A stretch of DNA of 61,446 nt, the filler included. It is 5 parts of 5 records of this genome, joined end to end, with 100 filler letters (N's around TTAATTAATTAA, not from the genome) between each part and the next. Parts side by side here need not be neighbours in the genome. Positions count along the whole stretch, not along the records: positions 51,668 to 61,446 come from SRR31156797_1015; 4 more parts are not named here. The stretch is one strand, 5' to 3'. The translations under genes were made by a program, and so were the position numbers. Below the pieces are notes generated by a model. That model made no database searches. It saw only the letters and a program-made list of their open reading frames with translations, and had not been told where the DNA came from. This document shows, one piece after another, positions 56,156-61,446 of the stretch (positions are counted from its first letter, which is position 1; every line of letters starts with the position of its first letter).

Positions 56156-57487
56156 ATGATACGCAAATTAGGTAATCTTTTTTCCAGGATTGCACAGAGA
56201 ATGCTTCCCGATGCATTTCTGTTCGCTCTGATCCTTTGTTTCATCGTTTTTGTTCTCGGCATGCTGGTCGAAGGACAGGGCTTTATGCAGATGGTCGATT
56301 TCTTCGGCGGCGGCATGTGGGCCTTCCTGCCCTTCTCTATGCAGATGGCATTGATCATCGTAACAGGATCCGCTCTGGCAACCTCCAAGCCCGTAAAAGC
56401 CGTTCTCGTCGCTTTGGCCAGGGCGTGTAAGACTCCTACCCAGGCCATCCTGATGGTTTCCTTCGTTGCCCTTATCGGCTGCTGGCTCAACTGGGGATTC
56501 GGTTTGATCATCGGCGCCCTCCTGGCCAAGGAACTGGCCCGTACCGTCAAGGGTATCCACTATCCCCTTCTGGTCGCTTCCGCATACAGCGGATTCCTTA
56601 TCTGGCATGCCGGTCTTTCCGCTTCCATTCCCCTGAAGCTCACCGGTGCCGACGGCATCATGAAGAAGTTCGCCGACGGAACTGTTGTTCCCGCCTCCGA
56701 TACGATCTTCTCCGCCCCCAATCTTATACTGATTGTTCTGTTCCTGATCTCCCTTCCCATTATCAACATGCTTATGATCCCCAAGGGCAAGGATGAGACC
56801 ATTGAAGTCGATCCCGCCCTTTTTGTGGAGGAAGAAGAGGAGCTTGTTAAGGCCAAGAAGGATATGACCCCCGCCGAAAGAATGGAGCACAGCATGGTTC
56901 TCTCCATGATCATGGGTGTTCTGGGCCTCATTTACATTGCGTCCTACTTCGCCAAGGGCGGATCCATCAGCCTGAATATTGTTATCTATATCTTCCTGGT
57001 TCTCGGAATCATCCTTCACAAGACTCCCATCCACTATGTGCATGCCGTTCATGAAGCAGTGAAGGGCGTGGGCGGTGTTGTTCTGCAGTTCCCCTTCTAT
57101 GCAGGTATCATGGCCATGATGATCAAGTCCGGCCTGGCCGGAACCTTCTCTCAGGGATTCGTCAATATCTCAACAGCCAAGACCTTCCCCTTCTTCACCT
57201 TTCTCTCCGCGGGCGTGGTTAACTTCTTCGTACCCTCCGGCGGCGGACAGTGGGGCGTTCAGGGACCCATCATGATCCCCGCGGCCACCGAGCTGGGCGT
57301 TCCCTATGCCAAGACTGCCATGGCCATCGCCTGGGGTGATGCCTGGACCAATATGATTCAGCCTTTCTGGGCCCTTCCCCTCCTTGGTGTGGCCAAGCTG
57401 AATATCCGTGACATAATGGGTTATACGACAGTGGTTCTTCTCTATTCCGGAATCCTGATCTCACTGTTCATGCTCTTTGTATTCTGA
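56156..57487 (+). CDS. atoE: Short-chain fatty acid transporter
   Basis: LPDAFLFA, FSMQMALI, NWGFGL, QFPFYAGI, NFFVPSGGGQW and GDAWTNMIQPFWALP. Confidence 0.93.
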   Translation: MIRKLGNLFSRIAQRMLPDAFLFALILCFIVFVLGMLVEGQGFMQMVDFFGGGMWAFLPFSMQMALIIVTGSALATSKPVKAVLVALARACKTPTQAILMVSFVALIGCWLNWGFGLIIGALLAKELARTVKGIHYPLLVASAYSGFLIWHAGLSASIPLKLTGADGIMKKFADGTVVPASDTIFSAPNLILIVLFLISLPIINMLMIPKGKDETIEVDPALFVEEEEELVKAKKDMTPAERMEHSMVLSMIMGVLGLIYIASYFAKGGSISLNIVIYIFLVLGIILHKTPIHYVHAVHEAVKGVGGVVLQFPFYAGIMAMMIKSGLAGTFSQGFVNISTAKTFPFFTFLSAGVVNFFVPSGGGQWGVQGPIMIPAATELGVPYAKTAMAIAWGDAWTNMIQPFWALPLLGVAKLNIRDIMGYTTVVLLYSGILISLFMLFVF

Positions 57488-57535
57488 ATCTAATTATGCC
57501 GCCCGCCCCTCGCGGGCGGCTGAAGGACTTTTACT

Positions 57536-58714
57536 ATGAAAGATGCTTTTATCTTAGACGGCGGTCGCACCGCGGTCGGATCCTTTGGAGGATCCCTGGC
57601 AGGGATTCATCCTTCCGAAACTGGAAAACTGGTTATTGAAACCCTTCTGAAACGTCAGGGAATCGCTCCCGAGGATGTTGATGAGGTAACCCTCGGCTGT
57701 GTTCTGCAGGGCGGGCTGGGACAGAATGTCGCCCGTCAGGCCGCTGTCAAGGCGGGAATTCCCGTTGAGAGAACAGCGCAGACCATCAATATGGTCTGCG
57801 GCTCCGGTCTCAGAGCCCTTATGGATGCCGCCCGGGCCATCAAGTGCGGAGACGCCGATCTCGTCGTAGCCGGCGGAACCGAGAACATGTCAGCAACCCC
57901 CTACACCCTCCCCAAGGCCCGGACCGGATACCGCATGGGTAACGGCGAGCTGGTTGACAATATGGTCTTTGACGGACTGTTTGATATTTTTAATAACTAC
58001 CACATGGGTATTACAGCAGAAAATCTTGCTGAAAAATACAATATCTCAAGAGAGGAGCAGGACGCCTTCGCCGCCGCTTCTCAGAACAAGGCGGAAGCCG
58101 CCCGGAATGCCGGACGGTTCAAGGATGAAATCATTCCCGTATCCATTCCCCAGAGAAAGGGCGATCCCATTGTCTTCGATACGGATGAATATATAAGAGA
58201 CGGAGCCACAGCCGAAGGCCTCGCCAAGCTGCGCCCCGCGTTCAAGAAAGACGGAACCGTGACCGCCGGAAACGCCTCCGGAATCAACGACGGGGCCGCC
58301 GGATTCCTGGTTACCTCGGAAGATTATGTGAACTCTAGGAACCTTAGCCCCATGGCAAGGATTGCCTCCTACGGATTCCATGGGGTAGATCCCTCCGTCA
58401 TGGGATTCGGCCCCGTAGAGGCTGTGAAGCTCGCTCTCAAGAGGGCCGGCTGGAGCATCGGCGATCTTGAGCTGGTAGAGGCCAATGAGGCCTTCGCCGC
58501 CCAGGCTCTTTCGGTCAACAAGGCCCTCGGCTGGGATGATTCCATCATCAATGTGAACGGCGGCGCCATCGCCATCGGCCATCCCATCGGAGCCAGCGGT
58601 TCCAGAATCCTGAACACCCTGGTTTATGAAATGAAAAGAAGAAACCTGAAAAAAGGTCTGGCCACACTCTGTATCGGCGGCGGTATGGGTGCGGCTCTCT
58701 GTGTGGAAATGTAA
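57536..58714 (+). CDS. atoB: Acetyl-CoA C-acetyltransferase (thiolase)
   Basis: [31 protein letters not shown] and CIGGGMG. Confidence 0.95.
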   Translation: MKDAFILDGGRTAVGSFGGSLAGIHPSETGKLVIETLLKRQGIAPEDVDEVTLGCVLQGGLGQNVARQAAVKAGIPVERTAQTINMVCGSGLRALMDAARAIKCGDADLVVAGGTENMSATPYTLPKARTGYRMGNGELVDNMVFDGLFDIFNNYHMGITAENLAEKYNISREEQDAFAAASQNKAEAARNAGRFKDEIIPVSIPQRKGDPIVFDTDEYIRDGATAEGLAKLRPAFKKDGTVTAGNASGINDGAAGFLVTSEDYVNSRNLSPMARIASYGFHGVDPSVMGFGPVEAVKLALKRAGWSIGDLELVEANEAFAAQALSVNKALGWDDSIINVNGGAIAIGHPIGASGSRILNTLVYEMKRRNLKKGLATLCIGGGMGAALCVEM

Positions 58715-58716
58715 CT

Positions 58717-59397
58717 ATGATAGAGAAAAAAATCATGACGGCCGATGAAGCCGTCAAAGTTATCAAAGACGGGCATACCATCATGGTCGGCGGCTTCATG
58801 GGCTGCGGTACCCCTAACGGTCTTGTGAAAAGCCTGAGGGAACAGGGCACAAGGAACATGACACTGGTCAATACCGACTGCGGTTGGTATATGCCCGATA
58901 AGGATCTCATCAACGGGACGGCCTTGAACATTCTGGATAAGCAGTTCAAGCATGTTATCGCCAGCCATATCGGTCTGAACCTGGAAATCCAGAGACAGAT
59001 GAACGCCGATGAAACCGAGGTCACTCTGGTTCCCCAGGGAACCCTGGCCGAGCGGATCCGGGCCGGAGGATGCGGCCTGGGCGGTATCCTGACTCCTACC
59101 GGCGTCGGCACCGAGGTGGAAGAGGGTAAACAGGTTATCGAGCTGAAGGGAACCAAGTACCTTCTTGAGGAAGGGCTGACGGGAGATGTCGCTCTTATAC
59201 GCGCGGCCAAGGCCGATAAGGCCGGAAACCTTCAGTTCGGCAAGTCTGCCAGGAACTTCTGCCCCATGATGGCCATGGCCTGCAAAACGGTTATTGTGGA
59301 AGCCGATGAGATCGTAGAGGTCGGCGAGCTCGATCCCGACGCTGTTCACTCTCCTTCTGTTTTTACAACCATTCTCGTTAAGAAGGAGGCAGAATAA
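58717..59397 (+). CDS. atoD: Acetate/3-oxoacid CoA-transferase alpha subunit
   Basis: MVGGFMGCG, PQGTLAERIRAGG, KADKAGNL and ARNF. Confidence 0.9.
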   Translation: MIEKKIMTADEAVKVIKDGHTIMVGGFMGCGTPNGLVKSLREQGTRNMTLVNTDCGWYMPDKDLINGTALNILDKQFKHVIASHIGLNLEIQRQMNADETEVTLVPQGTLAERIRAGGCGLGGILTPTGVGTEVEEGKQVIELKGTKYLLEEGLTGDVALIRAAKADKAGNLQFGKSARNFCPMMAMACKTVIVEADEIVEVGELDPDAVHSPSVFTTILVKKEAE

Positions 59398-60068
59398 TGG
59401 GTATTGAGTACAAGCCTAACAAAGCGATTATAGCGAAGCGCATCGCCCGTCTGTTCAAGACCGGCGATGTGGTTAACCTGGGAATCGGACTTCCCACGAT
59501 GGTAGGAAACTTCGTTCCCGAGGACGTAGACATCCTGCTCCAGTCTGAGAACGGCTTCCTGGGGCTGGGTCCCGCTCCCGAAAAGGGAGAGGAAGACTGG
59601 GACATCACCAATGCGGGCGGCCAGCCCGTGACCCTTCTTGAGGGGGGGTGTTACTTCGACTCCGCCACATCCTTCGGAATTATCCGGGGGGGACATGTGG
59701 ACTATACGGTTCTGGGCGTTCTTCAGGTGGACCAGGAGGGTAATCTGGCCAACTATAAGATTCCCGGTAAGATGGTGCCCGGCATGGGCGGAGCCATGGA
59801 CCTGACGGTGGGAGCCAAGACCGTTATCTGCGCGGCCGTTCACTTTGACAAGCATGGCAACTCCAAGCTCTTCAGGAAATGTACCCTGCCTCTGACCGCA
59901 GCCAATCAGGTAGACTATCTGATGACCGACGTCGGCTTCTTTGAGATCAAAGGCGGCCAGTTCATCATGAGAGAGGTCTTCGAGCCCTACACTCCCGAAT
60001 ATGTTCTGGAGCACACGGAAGCCGATGTGGTGAAGGCTGATGATTTCAAGATCGTAAAGATCGACTAA
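59397..60068 (+). CDS. atoA: Acetate/3-oxoacid CoA-transferase beta subunit
   Basis: VNLGIGLPT, LQSENG (catalytic Glu), IRGGH and GMGGAMDL. Confidence 0.92.
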   Translation: MGIEYKPNKAIIAKRIARLFKTGDVVNLGIGLPTMVGNFVPEDVDILLQSENGFLGLGPAPEKGEEDWDITNAGGQPVTLLEGGCYFDSATSFGIIRGGHVDYTVLGVLQVDQEGNLANYKIPGKMVPGMGGAMDLTVGAKTVICAAVHFDKHGNSKLFRKCTLPLTAANQVDYLMTDVGFFEIKGGQFIMREVFEPYTPEYVLEHTEADVVKADDFKIVKID

Positions 60069-60089
60069 ACCCCGTCATTGCTTCTCATC

Positions 60090-60120
60090 GGGATGTCCCT
60101 CGGCGGGCATCCCTTTTTTT
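60090..60120 (+). terminator. Intrinsic terminator of the ato operon
   Basis: GGGATGTCC-CTCGGC-GGGCATCCC-T7. Confidence 0.88.
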
Positions 60121-60216
60121 ATGATGTGCGCAGTCAGAATTTACTGGATTCCCAATGGATGCCGCAATTGAACCAACCCTTCCCCAAGCAGTATAATGAG
60201 TTCAAGGAGTGCCGTT

Positions 60217-60660
60217 ATGTCTGAATTAAATCTTTCCCTTGTCCATGTGGGGAGTGAGAACTGGAACGATGTGGCCGTTCTGGAGGTCTCTGAGAAACGT
60301 ATGGAGTTTACCGCTTCAGGCAGCTACTATCTCTGTCTATGCCACTATGACGGAATGTGGACTCCCATGGCCGCTCTCAAGGATGGAGAGGTCGCCGGCT
60401 TTATCATGTGGGCCGAAGAAGAGGAGAAAGGCGGCTGCTGGCTGGGCGGTCTGATGGTTGACGGCGAGCTTGAGGGTTCGGGGCTCGGGGAGGCCATCGT
60501 TTCCGATATGGTCGAGGCCCTGGAGCTGAAGGGCTACAGCGAATTCTTCATGTCCTGTACTCCCGGTGACGATATCCTGGCCGGAGTTCTGAAGAATGTC
60601 GGCTTCAGCGATACGGGAAAGGAAGAGGAAGGAGAGAAGATCTTCCGTCTGGCCCGCTAG
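60217..60660 (+). CDS. GNAT-family N-acetyltransferase (spermidine acetyltransferase-like)
   Basis: VAGFIMW, WLGGLMVD, EGSGLG and VGFSDTG. AAGGAG before ATG 60217; TTGAAC-N18-TATAAT upstream. Confidence 0.78.
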   Translation: MSELNLSLVHVGSENWNDVAVLEVSEKRMEFTASGSYYLCLCHYDGMWTPMAALKDGEVAGFIMWAEEEEKGGCWLGGLMVDGELEGSGLGEAIVSDMVEALELKGYSEFFMSCTPGDDILAGVLKNVGFSDTGKEEEGEKIFRLAR

Positions 60661-60666
60661 GGAAGA

Positions 60667-61446
60667 TCAGGCTATCTCCTGGAGAAACTTCCGGATGATC
60701 TCATGAATCTCTTCCGGGGCATCAAGGGGCAGGAAATGGCCCGCGTGTTCCAGCAGAGACAGCCTGGCGTCGGGGATGTCATCCAGAAGCCTTTCGGCGT
60801 GGCTGACGGGGATATAGGGATCCATCATGCCCTGAATGATCAGCACAGGCTGGTCTATGCTCTTCATTATCTCGGGATACCTGGCGAACACCCTCTCCGG
60901 TCGTCCCCAGCGAAGATTCCGCAGTAGGGCTTTGTTCCCTTTCCATCCCGAGAATGAACTCTCCAAACTGCTTTGCAGGTATTTTCCGTAGTTTTCCTTG
61001 TGATAGAGCCCCTTTTCTATCGATCTTTTAAGCAGACGATTCTTCGCCAGCAGGATGAGCGTGGGGCCTATGATCGGGGCTCTGACGATCTTTACCACCC
61101 CCGGCTCCGTAAAGTCCGGATATACGGGAGGGCTCATGAGAACAAGCCTGCTGATTCTCTCCCTGCAGTTCGCCATCAGCTCTATTCCGACGGATGAGCC
61201 AAGGTCATGGCAGATCAGGTTGATCTCGTTCAATTCCATCTCTGTGAAAAGCCGGCATAGATTCCTGGCCCTTTCACAGTGCTCCAGATGGCGGCCCGAT
61301 TTTTCAGATTCACCGTAATCCAAAAGGTCTATGCATACGGTTCTGTAGTCCTGTTCAAACAGAGGGCAGAGCCGGGTGAAGATTTCCTTGGATGTGGGAA
61401 GCCCGTGGATGAAGACCAGAGGCTTGGCGCTTCGACCGTTGTCCTG
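60667..61446 (-). CDS. Alpha/beta hydrolase (Asp-nucleophile, dehalogenase/epoxide-hydrolase-like), 5'-truncated
   Basis: The frame is open to the window end (PLVFIHGLPTS...DLLDYGES). CHDLG nucleophile elbow, GMMDPYIP and AGHF. Confidence 0.85.
   Translation of the reverse strand, partial: QDNGRSAKPLVFIHGLPTSKEIFTRLCPLFEQDYRTVCIDLLDYGESEKSGRHLEHCERARNLCRLFTEMELNEINLICHDLGSSVGIELMANCRERISRLVLMSPPVYPDFTEPGVVKIVRAPIIGPTLILLAKNRLLKRSIEKGLYHKENYGKYLQSSLESSFSGWKGNKALLRNLRWGRPERVFARYPEIMKSIDQPVLIIQGMMDPYIPVSHAERLLDDIPDARLSLLEHAGHFLPLDAPEEIHEIIRKFLQEIA

Noticed and set aside
5024-60068. Functional link between the contig A CoA-transferase and the ato operon, or between yciO and tsaB
   Set aside because: The genes are on different contigs, probably from different organisms.
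1-61446. CRISPR array, integrase, transposase or prophage genes
   Set aside because: No regularly spaced direct repeats and no such protein motifs were seen.

Overview
The window is not one locus. It is five unrelated contigs joined by identical artificial 100-nt linkers (N44-TTAATTAATTAA-N44 at 16566-16665, 23341-23440, 44804-44903 and 51568-51667), so neighbourhood arguments hold only inside a contig. Taxon labels below are inferences from gene content. Contig A (1-16565, Desulfobacterota-like): UvrD-type helicase, CHASE2 adenylate cyclase, CoA-transferase, a secreted DsbA-like selenoprotein split by an in-frame UGA, SMUG1, ferredoxin, YtxH/DUF948, AI-2E transporter, nifU-nifS-cysE-cysK, response regulator, arginase-family protein, MITE-like element and the 5' end of tRNA-Leu. 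Contig B (16666-23340, AT-rich): guaA, a 1433-aa TPR protein, YciO/Sua5 and a partial DUF559 gene with upstream palindromes. Contig C (23441-44803, Desulfovibrionaceae-like): rseP, tsaB, a divergent dnaA, thyX, flagellin-fliD-fliS flanked by glycosyltransferases, an OmpA lipoprotein and ahbC-hemB-ahbD. Contig D (44904-51567): signal-less M4 protease with two P-domains, a disrupted GH13 amylase, an 818-aa internally duplicated unknown protein, a candidate sRNA and the 3' end of 5S rRNA. Contig E (51668-61446): an AtoSC-type two-component system with enhancer and sigma54 promoter driving atoE-atoB-atoD-atoA, a GNAT and an alpha/beta hydrolase. Best leads: the UxxC selenoprotein with a beta-propeller fragment, a ParB/Srx-like insertion in the cyclase sensor, the 818-aa duplicated-domain protein and its cluster, the DnaA paralog with an altered recognition helix and variant boxes, a pseudoknot-like intergenic element, and an unannotated sRNA. 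All calls come from reading motifs by eye; no database searches were run.
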